DNA from: Candidatus Vogelbacteria bacterium RIFOXYB1_FULL_42_16
Lineage (GTDB): Bacteria; Patescibacteriota; Minisyncoccia; Phycocordibacterales; XYD1-FULL-46-19
NCBI GenBank assembly: GCA_001823055.1
Contig: MHTH01000005.1
Span: forward strand, 34,667 to 98,666
Direction: 5' to 3'
DNA: 64,000 bases
Position 1 is the stretch's first letter. Each line of letters opens with the position of its first letter. The position numbers and the translations under genes are program-made. Below the pieces are notes generated by a model. It searched no databases, was not told the DNA's origin, and saw only the letters and a program-made list of their open reading frames with translations. Positions 47,740 through 56,681 of the stretch are shown in pieces.

Positions 47740-47775
47740 AAAGGGCGCTTTTTTCGGAAAGCGCCCTTTTGTTTT
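47740..47775 (+). terminator. Rho-independent terminator (AAAGGGCGCTTT-tttcgg-AAAGCGCCCTTTTGTTTT)
   Basis: 12-bp stem followed by a T-run, directly after neuB. Confidence 0.75.
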
Positions 47776-47828
47776 GGACACTAAATTTTTCTTGAAAGAA
47801 AGGTTGGGGGTTGCTATAGTTTACTAAT

Positions 47829-50309
47829 ATGAAAACCAACACTTATTTGCGTTATGGCATCTTGGCTGGGTTGGCGCTGGTGCTTTTTACGCCGTTATTA
47901 GTGACCAGCTCGATGTTTTTTCCCTTTATTACCGGTAAAAACTTTACTTTTCGAATTATTGTTGAATTAGTGGCCGCTCTTTGGCTGATTTTGGCTTTAC
48001 GCGATCCATCAGCTCGGCCAAAAAAATCTTTGATCTTGTGGGGGATTATTGCTTTATTTCTGGCTACCACTGTGGCGACAATTTTTAGCCTCTATCCTTA
48101 TCACAGCTTTTGGTCTAATTATGAGCGAATGGATGGTTTGATTACCCAAATACATCTTCTACTTTATTTTTTGGTTGTAACCGGAGTTTTAACTACTCGA
48201 ATTTATTGGCATCGTTTTTTTAATCTCTCGCTAGTGTTCGCGAGTTGCGTCTCTCTGTATGCGGTGGGCCAACTGTCTGGTCTGGCTGATATCCATCAGG
48301 GCAGTGTGCGTATTGATGCCACTCTTGGTAATGCCGCCTACATGGCAGTTTACATGTTAATTCATCTTTTTTTGGCAACTTATCTAGCTATCACTTATGC
48401 TAGAAATGTTTGGCTAAAAGCGGTTTATTGGGCGCTGGCCGGTTGGTTTACTTTATTACTTTATTTCACTCAAACTCGCGGTACGATCTTGGGGCTGATC
48501 GGCGGTCTTTTTATTTTTGGTTTGGTCTTAGCTTGGCGCGGTGAAGGTAAAATTAAAAAAATTGCTCTCGGTTTGTTGATTGGTGTCATCTTGTTCGTTG
48601 GCTCATTTATCTTTTTCAAAGATACTTCTTTGGTGCGCAATAACGCCACTCTTAATCGTTTTGCCACTATTTCTCTGACTGAAGCGACTACGGTTTCGCG
48701 TTTTACGATTTGGAGTATGAGTTTGCAAGCGGTTAAAGAGCACCCGCTTTTTGGCTGGGGACCAGAGAATTATCTTTATGTTTTTAGTAAATACTATCAG
48801 CCGAGTTTGTGGTCGCAGGAGCCGTGGTTTGATCGTTCACATAATGTTTTCTTGGATTGGTTGATTAGCGCCGGACTGATTGGTCTATCGGCCTATCTTT
48901 TTTTGTTTGGTACTGCTATTTACTATCTCTATCGATTTGGTTTAAGAAAAAAAACGGAGGTTGCCCAGCCAGTCTTTAGTAAACAAAAAGTGGTTATCGA
49001 TCAGAAAGAAACAATCGGCGTTGGTATTCTCGTGGCTTTGTTAGTTGCTTATTTCATTCACAATGTTTTTGTATTTGATAATCTAATCAGTTATATTCTA
49101 TTTTTCTCACTCTTGGGCTATGTTCATACGATTGTCACCGAAAACAAAAAAGGTTTTTGGAGCGAAAAAATCTTAGCTGATAGCCTCACTCTGCCGATCG
49201 GAGGAATCGCCTTGGTCTTATTGGCTGGTTCATTATATTTTATTAATATCAAACCGATCATGGCTTCTCGCGGTTTGATCAGAGCTATGTCGACCACTGA
49301 TGCTGAAATTAAATATACTGAATTCAAAAAAGTTTTTGCTCTCAATACTTTTGGTTCGCGCGAAGCTTTGGAACAATACCTTTTAGTCGCTACCAATGTG
49401 TTTGGCGATCAAAATGTGCCAGTGGCGACTAAACAAAAAATTGGCGAGCTGGCTTTAGCTCAAATGGCCAAAGAAACAAAAGATGCCGGTCCGGATGCCA
49501 GACTTTATTTACTCCTCGGTTCTTTTATGTCTAACATTGGTCGTTTCGATGAATCCAATGCTTATCTAGACAAAGCTCTGTCATATTCACCTAAAAAACA
49601 GGCCATCTATTTTCAATTAATCGCTAATGCCGTTGAACAAAAAAATTCGACTAAAGCTTTAGCCTTGGCCAAACAAGTTTATGAACTCGATCCAAAATAT
49701 CGTGAAGCTAGTCTCATGTATGCTCTAGTGGCAATCTATAGTGGTCAGTTGGATTTGGCTGATCAGATTTTAGCAAAAAGTGATGCTCAAATTTTATTTG
49801 AAGCGCGCTTGCTCAATGCTTACAATAGCATCGGCCGGCCGGATAAAGTTCAAGCGCTATTGAAATTAAGAATTAAAAATTTAGAACAAGCGATCAAGAC
49901 CAATCCCCAAGATGAAAGTAATTATTTAAAATCAGCTGAAGCTTGGCAGACTTTAGGTGATAAGTTTAAAGCTGATGAAGTTTTGCGTCGCATTATTCCG
50001 CTTTGGGAAGCTAAAATTAAAACTGACCCGGACAATAAAGACAATTATATTTCTCTGGCCGAACTCTATTTTCGTCTTGGCGATAGTCAAAAAGTGGAAG
50101 AGACAATCAGTCGAGTCGTCAATTATTATGAAGCCAAAATAAAGCAAAACCCTCGTAGTTTCAAAGCCTATCAAGCCTTAGCAGAAGTTTTTGTCCAAGC
50201 CAATCGAGTCGATCTGGCAAAACAAGTGATGGGGCGAGCGATATCAGCTAACCCGTCGCTACGTTATCAAGCCCAGAAATTTCTAGACAGTCTCCCGCCT
50301 GCCAAATAG
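47829..50309 (+). CDS. O-antigen ligase (Wzy_C)-domain polytopic membrane protein with C-terminal TPR repeats
   Basis: Multiple TM helices with a large periplasmic loop (…YFTQTRGT… region typical of Wzy_C). The C-terminal 350 aa consist of TPR-like repeats. Confidence 0.65.
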   Translation: MKTNTYLRYGILAGLALVLFTPLLVTSSMFFPFITGKNFTFRIIVELVAALWLILALRDPSARPKKSLILWGIIALFLATTVATIFSLYPYHSFWSNYERMDGLITQIHLLLYFLVVTGVLTTRIYWHRFFNLSLVFASCVSLYAVGQLSGLADIHQGSVRIDATLGNAAYMAVYMLIHLFLATYLAITYARNVWLKAVYWALAGWFTLLLYFTQTRGTILGLIGGLFIFGLVLAWRGEGKIKKIALGLLIGVILFVGSFIFFKDTSLVRNNATLNRFATISLTEATTVSRFTIWSMSLQAVKEHPLFGWGPENYLYVFSKYYQPSLWSQEPWFDRSHNVFLDWLISAGLIGLSAYLFLFGTAIYYLYRFGLRKKTEVAQPVFSKQKVVIDQKETIGVGILVALLVAYFIHNVFVFDNLISYILFFSLLGYVHTIVTENKKGFWSEKILADSLTLPIGGIALVLLAGSLYFINIKPIMASRGLIRAMSTTDAEIKYTEFKKVFALNTFGSREALEQYLLVATNVFGDQNVPVATKQKIGELALAQMAKETKDAGPDARLYLLLGSFMSNIGRFDESNAYLDKALSYSPKKQAIYFQLIANAVEQKNSTKALALAKQVYELDPKYREASLMYALVAIYSGQLDLADQILAKSDAQILFEARLLNAYNSIGRPDKVQALLKLRIKNLEQAIKTNPQDESNYLKSAEAWQTLGDKFKADEVLRRIIPLWEAKIKTDPDNKDNYISLAELYFRLGDSQKVEETISRVVNYYEAKIKQNPRSFKAYQALAEVFVQANRVDLAKQVMGRAISANPSLRYQAQKFLDSLPPAK

Positions 50310-50427
50310 ACCTAAATTAGTTATCCACTACTCCGATTTGCATTATTTTCTTAATTATTCTATAATAGAAGAGTGAGTGTTATTCCCTTTATTTATATCG
50401 GGGATCTCCATAAACAAAATGTCTAAT

Positions 50428-50456
50428 TAAAGCCCCGCCTTTGGCGGGGCTTTAAT
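50428..50456 (+). terminator. Rho-independent terminator (AAAGCCCCGCC-tttg-GCGGGGCTTT)
   Basis: 10-bp GC stem with a flanking T-run. Confidence 0.7.
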
Positions 50457-50510
50457 CTGGTTACTTTTTATTTATAGACCAAGAATTTAGTTTTTGTTAT
50501 ACTTCACTTG

Positions 50511-50636
50511 GCTAGGTGTTGCCGGTCATCGCGGCTAGCGGCAGCACTCACATAAGACATTTTGTTTTGGAGTTTGACTCCGCTAGCCACGATGGTCGCG
50601 CAACAATCACCACCCCTTGAAATGGGTGGTGATTTA
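50511..50636 (+). ncRNA. Candidate small RNA of unknown family (extended -10 promoter -> long imperfect hairpin -> 9-bp GC terminator stem)
   Basis: TGtTATACT extended -10 at 50495-50503. GC-rich 17-bp imperfect helix (GGCUAGCGG / CCGCUAGCC core) with a ~39-nt loop. Terminator-like TCACCACCC-cttgaaat-GGGTGGTGA followed by TTT. No ORF. Confidence 0.3.
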
Positions 50637-50995
50637 GTTATAAAAATTTTAAATGAATTTTTTAATCCAATTAATCTATTTCTTAGTTTTTTAAGAAATT
50701 TAATTTTTTTTAAATATTTTTTTGAAAAAGCATAAAAAAGGTTGTTAATTAAAACTTTTTTATAAAATAATCTTAATAAAAAAATAAATAAATTATTAAA
50801 TAAAATTTATTTTATAAAAAATAAAAAGTTATCCACATTTTTTGCACTAAAAATCTTGTTATTAATTTGTTTTTGAATGATAATTAATATCAGTAGTAAC
50901 AACAAAATATTTTTTTATTATCTTCTGCCATCGAGGAGATCATAAAAAGGTCGAAAGTTGTTGCAAAACTTTTTAAAAAGTAAAACAAAATTAAT

Positions 50996-51058
50996 ATGGC
51001 TGCTAAGAAAAAGGCCAAGAAGGCCAAGAAAAAGGTTGCTAAGAAAAAGAAGGGATAG
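50996..51058 (+). CDS. Tiny ORF encoding MAAKKKAKKAKKKVAKKKKG (20 aa, Lys/Ala-rich), followed by its own terminator hairpin
   Basis: ATG...TAG ORF of AAG/AAA codons. Hairpin CACCACATC-tttcaa-GGTGTGGTG plus TTTTGTTTT at 51082-51115. Lies ~230 nt upstream of secA. A weak RBS, so speculative. Confidence 0.25.
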   Translation: MAAKKKAKKAKKKVAKKKKG

Positions 51059-51289
51059 TTCTTCTTGGTTACGCAAGCAAGCACCACATCTTTCAAGGTG
51101 TGGTGTTTTGTTTTCCTGCACACCGATCGCACCTTCGTTTTTTTTGCGTCTAAAATCAGTTTAACTTTGTAAATATGTTTCGGAGTTCTAATTACCAAGC
51201 TAGATTTAAATTTCTAAAAAACTTAGACGCAATGGTGCGATTGGTGTGCCGGTTTTGTTTTTCCGACGCTTTTTTGCTAGGATTGGCCT

Positions 51290-53899
51290 ATGATTAATAT
51301 TTTACAGGCTATTTTTGGCGATCCCAACGACAGTTACCTGAAAAAAATACAAACCAAGGTTGCCGAGATAAATAACTGGGAGGCTAAAATCAAGACGCTC
51401 GATGATGAGCAGTTAAAAGCCAAGACGGCCGAATTTCGCGAACGATTAGCTGTTGGCGCCAAAATCGATGATCTCCTACCAGAAGCTTTTGCGGTGGTGC
51501 GGGAAGCTTCATGGCGTCTACTTGGGCAAAGACATTTTGATGTTCAGTTGATTGGTGGTATCGCCTTACACGAAGGCAAGATTGCTGAAATGCGCACCGG
51601 TGAAGGCAAGACCCTGGTGGCGACTCTGCCGGTCTATTTAAACGCTCTGGCTGGCCATGGTGTGCACTTGGTCACCGTCAATGATTATTTGGCCCGACGT
51701 GATGCGGTCTGGATGGGACAGATTTATACTTGGCTCGGCTTATCGGTCGGGGTATTAAACAATCAGAGTTCTTATGTTTATGATCCCAGTATAAAAAATG
51801 AAGAAGCCGATCGTGAGCGTGACGAGAGAGGATCATTTCATGTCGTCTACGATTTTTTACGTGCTTGTCATCGTCGCGAAGCCTATCAGTGCGATATTGT
51901 TTATGGCACCAATAATGAATACGGTTTTGATTATTTACGTGATAATTTGGCTTACAATACCACCGATGTTGTTCAGCGTTTTGCCGATGGCCGGCCGGTT
52001 TATAATTTTGTGATTGTCGATGAAGTCGATTCGATTTTAATCGATGAAGCCAGAACGCCATTGATTATTTCAGCCCCTTCTGGCGAATCCGAGGACCTCT
52101 ACCAGACTTTCGCTAAAATTGCGCGTCAATTACGACCGGAAGAAGATTATACTGTCGACGAAAAACTGAAGGCTATTTCTTTGACCGACGATGGTATTAC
52201 CAAAGCCGAGAAAGTTTTGGGAATTGGTGATATTTATACCGAAAAAGGAGTAAAATACGTTCATCATTTGGAAACGGCCATTCGGGCCAAAGCTTTGTTT
52301 GAAAAAGATCGCGACTATGTGATCAAAGATGGCGAAATTGTTATCGTGGATGAATTTACCGGTCGTCTGCAACCGGGCCGACGCTGGTCTGAAGGTTTGC
52401 ACCAAGCAATCGAGGCTAAAGAAGGAGTAGATATTAAAGAAGAGACCAGAACTTTTGCCACGGTAACTTTGCAGAATTATTTCCGCTTATATAACAAAAT
52501 TGCTGGCATGACCGGGACGGCCAATACTTCTAAAGAAGAATTTTTGAAGACCTATAATCTAGATGTGGTGGCTGTGCCCACCAACCGTCAAACCCAAAGA
52601 CAAGACTATCCTGATCTAATTTTCCAAACGGAAAATGGCAAGATGCTAGCGACGGCACGAAAAATCAAAGAACTGCACGACCAAGGTCAGCCGGTTTTGG
52701 TGGGCACGGTCTCGATCGAAAAAAACGAACTTTTGTCGGCCTATTTAAAACGCGAAGGTGTGCCTCATCAGATTTTAAATGCTAAAAATCATGAATCAGA
52801 AGGCGAAATCATTGCTGGTGCCGGTAAAAAGGGTGGGGTGGTGATTGCGACTAATATGGCTGGTCGGGGAGTGGATATCAAATTGGGTGGTTCGACGCCT
52901 AAAGTCGAGGAGGCCGAGGCGGTAAAAAATCTCGGCGGTTTGTTTGTCTTGGGGACGGAAAGACATGAGGCTAGACGAATCGACAATCAGCTTCGCGGTC
53001 GGGCTGGTCGTCAAGGCGATCCCGGCGCGACGCAATTTTATTTATCTTTAGAGGATACTTTAATGCGCGTCTTTGCTCCCGATCGGGTCAAAAACATGAT
53101 GGGGCGTTTAGGGATACCAGAAGATGAACCAATTCAAAATATGATTGTAACTCGAGCCATTGAAAGTGCTCAAGCCAAGATTGAAGGTCATAATTATGAT
53201 TTGCGAAAATACTTGTTGGAATACGATGATGTCACCAACCATCAGCGCCAGACAATTTACGAACGACGTCGGCAGTTATTGTTTGGTGGTGAAAAAGAAG
53301 CGCGAGAATTTATCGATAAAGCTTTGTCGGTTGTGATTTGGTCCGCCTCCACCGAAGGTTATGGCGAGACAAAGCCCGCCTCCGCCAAAGGCTATGGCGA
53401 GGCACCGCCCGAGACTAATGATGACAGTGAAAAAATTGATTGGCCGGCAAAAATTGCCGAAAGAGAGAAGACTCTTGGTGCCGAAGTTTATTGGGAAAAT
53501 GTTCGCCGGACGGTTTTACAGGTCATCGACATGTTTTGGGTTGAACATCTGGAGGCGATCGAGTATATGCGCAATTCAGTGCGTCTCCGAGCCTATGGTC
53601 AACGTGATCCGTTGGTAGAATTTAAAAAAGAAGGTTTGCGGTTGTTTAAAGATATGGAGCTGGCAATTTTTGCTACGACAATAGAAATGGCTTCTAAAAT
53701 TGGAGCCGAAACAGCTAAAGAGGAAACCGTAAGTTTGGAGGCTGTAAAAGAAGGAGCGGAAAATATCTTGGCCAATTCAAAAAATAACCAAGTCAATAAA
53801 ACTGGTGGCGACAAGGTGGGGCGTAACGATCCTTGTCCGTGTGGAGCAAAAAAACCGGACGGAACACCACTTAAATACAAACATTGCCACGGCAAGTGA
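51290..53899 (+). CDS. secA: Preprotein translocase ATPase SecA
   Basis: Full-length SecA with the Walker A region (MRTGEGKTLVATL), DEVD Walker B, and the C-terminal zinc-finger CPCGAKKPDGTPLKYKHCHGK. Contains an inserted GYGETKPASAKGYGEAPPE repeat segment. Confidence 0.95.
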   Translation: MINILQAIFGDPNDSYLKKIQTKVAEINNWEAKIKTLDDEQLKAKTAEFRERLAVGAKIDDLLPEAFAVVREASWRLLGQRHFDVQLIGGIALHEGKIAEMRTGEGKTLVATLPVYLNALAGHGVHLVTVNDYLARRDAVWMGQIYTWLGLSVGVLNNQSSYVYDPSIKNEEADRERDERGSFHVVYDFLRACHRREAYQCDIVYGTNNEYGFDYLRDNLAYNTTDVVQRFADGRPVYNFVIVDEVDSILIDEARTPLIISAPSGESEDLYQTFAKIARQLRPEEDYTVDEKLKAISLTDDGITKAEKVLGIGDIYTEKGVKYVHHLETAIRAKALFEKDRDYVIKDGEIVIVDEFTGRLQPGRRWSEGLHQAIEAKEGVDIKEETRTFATVTLQNYFRLYNKIAGMTGTANTSKEEFLKTYNLDVVAVPTNRQTQRQDYPDLIFQTENGKMLATARKIKELHDQGQPVLVGTVSIEKNELLSAYLKREGVPHQILNAKNHESEGEIIAGAGKKGGVVIATNMAGRGVDIKLGGSTPKVEEAEAVKNLGGLFVLGTERHEARRIDNQLRGRAGRQGDPGATQFYLSLEDTLMRVFAPDRVKNMMGRLGIPEDEPIQNMIVTRAIESAQAKIEGHNYDLRKYLLEYDDVTNHQRQTIYERRRQLLFGGEKEAREFIDKALSVVIWSASTEGYGETKPASAKGYGEAPPETNDDSEKIDWPAKIAEREKTLGAEVYWENVRRTVLQVIDMFWVEHLEAIEYMRNSVRLRAYGQRDPLVEFKKEGLRLFKDMELAIFATTIEMASKIGAETAKEETVSLEAVKEGAENILANSKNNQVNKTGGDKVGRNDPCPCGAKKPDGTPLKYKHCHGK

Positions 53900-53934
53900 A
53901 AAAGCCTAGCCTAAAGGCCAAAAACTAAATAAAA

Positions 53935-53981
53935 GACACTAACTAAAGGACAGGTAAAAAGCCTGTCCTTTAGTTAGTGTC
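53935..53981. terminator. 20-bp perfect hairpin (GACACTAACTAAAGGACAGG-taaaaag-CCTGTCCTTTAGTTAGTGTC) after secA
   Basis: Long perfect inverted repeat. The A/T tracts flank it mostly on the upstream side, so terminator function on + is plausible but not classical. Confidence 0.5.
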
Positions 53982-54169
53982 AAAAAGGACATTTTAGAGT
54001 CTTTTACTATTGCCAAATTTTTTTAGTTGTGGTAGTAATGTCAACAGTCAATTGCTCTTCACATTCTAGGCGAGGTACAAATCGCTTTTGATCAGGTCTT
54101 TCGTGGCTAATTTTGCTACGGGGTTTGTGTGCGATTATTAGGTCGAATCTATTTTCTTTTTCCAAGATT

Positions 54170-55672
54170 ATGACTGGTACCAATGCTAAAAGAATGATGA
54201 CTATCATTAAAGCCCTCCTTATGGTGGGTGTGTTTTTAGTGTTGGTGGCGCCAGTTTTTGTGATGGCGGCTGATGAGGCCGATCCCAATCCATCTATTGC
54301 TATTAGTGAAGAAATCGGCACTTCCTCTAATCAAGAGGAACAACCGACGACTCCTCCTGCGGGAGAAGTCGATGCTTCCCAGTCTGGAGATGAGAGTTCT
54401 TTTACTACTACGGCTACCGAAGGTGGTGTGAGCGAAGAAACAAATATTGCTATTTCCGATGAGTTTACCGGCAATAGCACTGGCGGAGAAACGACTGGCG
54501 CAGAAGGTGATTTTACTACTTCTTCTGCGACTCCAGTTTCTAATCCTATTGTTTCCGCAGAATATTCTTTCACGACCGAAACTACCGATGGTGGTTCTAC
54601 TCCTACCGAAGTGGTCTCTGGTGAATACACTTTCACCACCACGACTGGTGACGGTGGAACAACTACCGAAGTGGTCTCCAGTGAGTATTCTTTCACCACC
54701 ACGACTGGCGGCGGCGGTACTACCACTGAAGTAGTCGGTGATGAATACACTTTCACCACTACCACTGGAGGCGGTGGAACAACTACTGAAGTGGTCAGTG
54801 ACGAGTATTCTTTCACCACCACTCCAAGTACGAACCCTCCTGTTACTCCTCCGACTGGTGGCGGTGGTGGTTGTGTCAGCAATTGTGGTGGCGGTGGCGG
54901 AACTATTATTCCACCTCCTATCATCACTAAATGGGTTTGCACCCCCTATCTCTTGGAATACATCAAGTTTGGCGCTCATAACAATTCGTATGAAGTGCGA
55001 AAGCTCCAAGCTTTTCTCATAGTCTTTGAAAAAGAAAATGGAATCAAAGTGACCGGTTTTTATGATCGGGCCACTTTCGAAGCGGTCGAACGCTTCCAAA
55101 TGAAATACAATCGTGATGTTTTGGGTCCCTGGGGGATCAGTGACTCGACTGGATATGTTTTTATCACGACCAAATTGGCGATTAATAACGTCTATTGCGG
55201 ACGCGATACCGCCAATGATCTAGACCTGCGCAATTATTATGGCCGAATCGAAACCTTGATCAAACAGTCGGAAATTTCTGAACCGATTGCGACTACCAGC
55301 TGGGAAATCGGCACTAGTTCCGTCGAAGTAGCCAAGGGCAAGAATTTCTTGCAACTGGCCTTTGTCGGTTTCTTGGATTTCTTGCGCGATATTCCCTGTT
55401 GGTTCTGGAATCTTCTGCTCCTCTTGTTGATAATCATTCTTTTGTTGATCATCTGGTATTTGAGTGAAGAGGATGATGACGGAGATGAAGATGATACAGC
55501 TGACATTTTTGGTAACAATTCCAAGACTGAAACGGCAATTTCTGAAGAGACTGTTGTTACTCCTTTACCTTTGACCATCGAAGCGGAAAAAGAATATGAA
55601 AATCTTCCGGTTGGTAGCCAAGCTTCTGATGGCGAAGTGATTGTGTTAGGCAAGGAAGAAGGGGAGAAGTAG
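54170..55672 (+). CDS. Cell-surface protein: signal/TM anchor, Thr/Gly-rich ~20-aa tandem repeats (x5), peptidoglycan-binding-like (PGBD/PG_binding_1) domain, C-terminal TM and acidic tail
   Basis: Repeats (S/G)EY(S/T)FTTTTG(D/G)GGTTTEVV encoded by ~60-bp tandem DNA repeats at 54560-54830. YEVRKLQAFL...GFYDRATFEAVERFQ matches the PG-binding domain. Start taken at ATG 54170 (MTGTNAKRMMTIIKALL...). Confidence 0.6.
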   Translation: MTGTNAKRMMTIIKALLMVGVFLVLVAPVFVMAADEADPNPSIAISEEIGTSSNQEEQPTTPPAGEVDASQSGDESSFTTTATEGGVSEETNIAISDEFTGNSTGGETTGAEGDFTTSSATPVSNPIVSAEYSFTTETTDGGSTPTEVVSGEYTFTTTTGDGGTTTEVVSSEYSFTTTTGGGGTTTEVVGDEYTFTTTTGGGGTTTEVVSDEYSFTTTPSTNPPVTPPTGGGGGCVSNCGGGGGTIIPPPIITKWVCTPYLLEYIKFGAHNNSYEVRKLQAFLIVFEKENGIKVTGFYDRATFEAVERFQMKYNRDVLGPWGISDSTGYVFITTKLAINNVYCGRDTANDLDLRNYYGRIETLIKQSEISEPIATTSWEIGTSSVEVAKGKNFLQLAFVGFLDFLRDIPCWFWNLLLLLLIIILLLIIWYLSEEDDDGDEDDTADIFGNNSKTETAISEETVVTPLPLTIEAEKEYENLPVGSQASDGEVIVLGKEEGEK

Positions 55673-55850
55673 AAATACTCTCAATTCTCTTTCGGTTTTG
55701 TCCGATAGGAAATTGAGAACAAGCTTTGGTCTTTACAAACTAAATAGTTTGTGTTAGGAGTGTGGGTGGAAAGTTGCTCTTGGTTTCTAAGTGGAGATCG
55801 AGGGTTGTGGCTTGAAAATGAACATACCCAATGGGTAGGAGGGTTCTGCT

Positions 55851-56681
55851 ATGAAGAAGTTAGTTGTGTTGGTATTGATGGCCTTACTGGTTGGAGGCTG
55901 CTCGCTGTCTGGTTGCCCCAAGGAGACGCTGAAAGTGACAGTGACCGACGACCTCGGCCTTACGATCGAAATCAAGGACTTTGGTCAAGTGGTCGATGTG
56001 GTCGGTGATGTCCGCCTAGACATTACTGGCTTAAAGTTGGAACAACTCCACAATCTCCAACAAATTATCCAAGTTGAAATTTACGATGTCACAGATGTGT
56101 TGACTAGTAAGACTTGGGAGGAGAGGGATTTGTGGGCGATCGGAGCTGCCTTCTTTCTTGGCACTGGTGTCTGGGACATCATTTTCCGTGATGATGATGA
56201 AAGTGAGGGTGAGGAGGTAACCAGTCTGTCGCAAGTAATCGAACTTCGTCCTGGTCAGCAGGTTCAAGTAACGATCACTTGGACGGATGGAAGTCGCGAC
56301 GCAATGACTTTTTACCTTCGCAATACGGAATATGTTGATGAGGGTGAAGGCGAAGGTCAAGAAGGTGAGGCGCAGGAGGGTGAGATTGTGCCACCGGCGA
56401 TGTCGGTGACCATTACGTCTCCGGCCCCTGGTAGCGTTTTTTCTGTCGCCAGTCAGGCGCAGGTTCGAGTTGTGCCCGATGGTGACCCGAGCGCCGGACC
56501 CTATCGTCTGATGATCCGAAATGCCGAGCTCGTGACTCGACAGGAGGAAAACGTGCAGTTGGGGGCGACCTACGTTTTCAACTTCACTCTGAACTTGAAG
56601 GGAAGCGGTTTCTTCACTGCCTATCTGGCCAACAGTAACGGTCACTCCGTTACGGCCTACAGCGCCTACTCGGTGCGATAG
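55851..56681 (+). CDS. Lipoprotein (signal peptide + lipobox LVGGC), Glu/Gly-rich linker, unknown function
   Basis: MKKLVVLVLMALLVGGCSLSGC N-terminus. GC-rich. RBS AGGAGGG. The antisense ORF 56031..56777 is probably spurious. Confidence 0.5.
   Translation: MKKLVVLVLMALLVGGCSLSGCPKETLKVTVTDDLGLTIEIKDFGQVVDVVGDVRLDITGLKLEQLHNLQQIIQVEIYDVTDVLTSKTWEERDLWAIGAAFFLGTGVWDIIFRDDDESEGEEVTSLSQVIELRPGQQVQVTITWTDGSRDAMTFYLRNTEYVDEGEGEGQEGEAQEGEIVPPAMSVTITSPAPGSVFSVASQAQVRVVPDGDPSAGPYRLMIRNAELVTRQEENVQLGATYVFNFTLNLKGSGFFTAYLANSNGHSVTAYSAYSVR

Noticed and set aside
50511-50636. Assigning the candidate sRNA to SRP (4.5S), RNase P, tmRNA or 6S
   Set aside because: There is no GGAA/GNRA-capped SRP domain IV motif and no RNase P P4 sequences. 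There is no tRNA-like 3' end with CCA context and no clear 6S central-bubble architecture. Kept as an unknown-family candidate only.
54236-55099. Long antisense ORFs (287 aa, 203 aa, 95 aa, 94 aa) inside the tandem-repeat surface-protein gene
   Set aside because: They arise from the repetitive, compositionally biased Thr/Gly-coding DNA (open frames on both strands). The sense ORF has a signal/TM segment, PG-binding domain and C-terminal anchor, so the antisense frames are artefacts.
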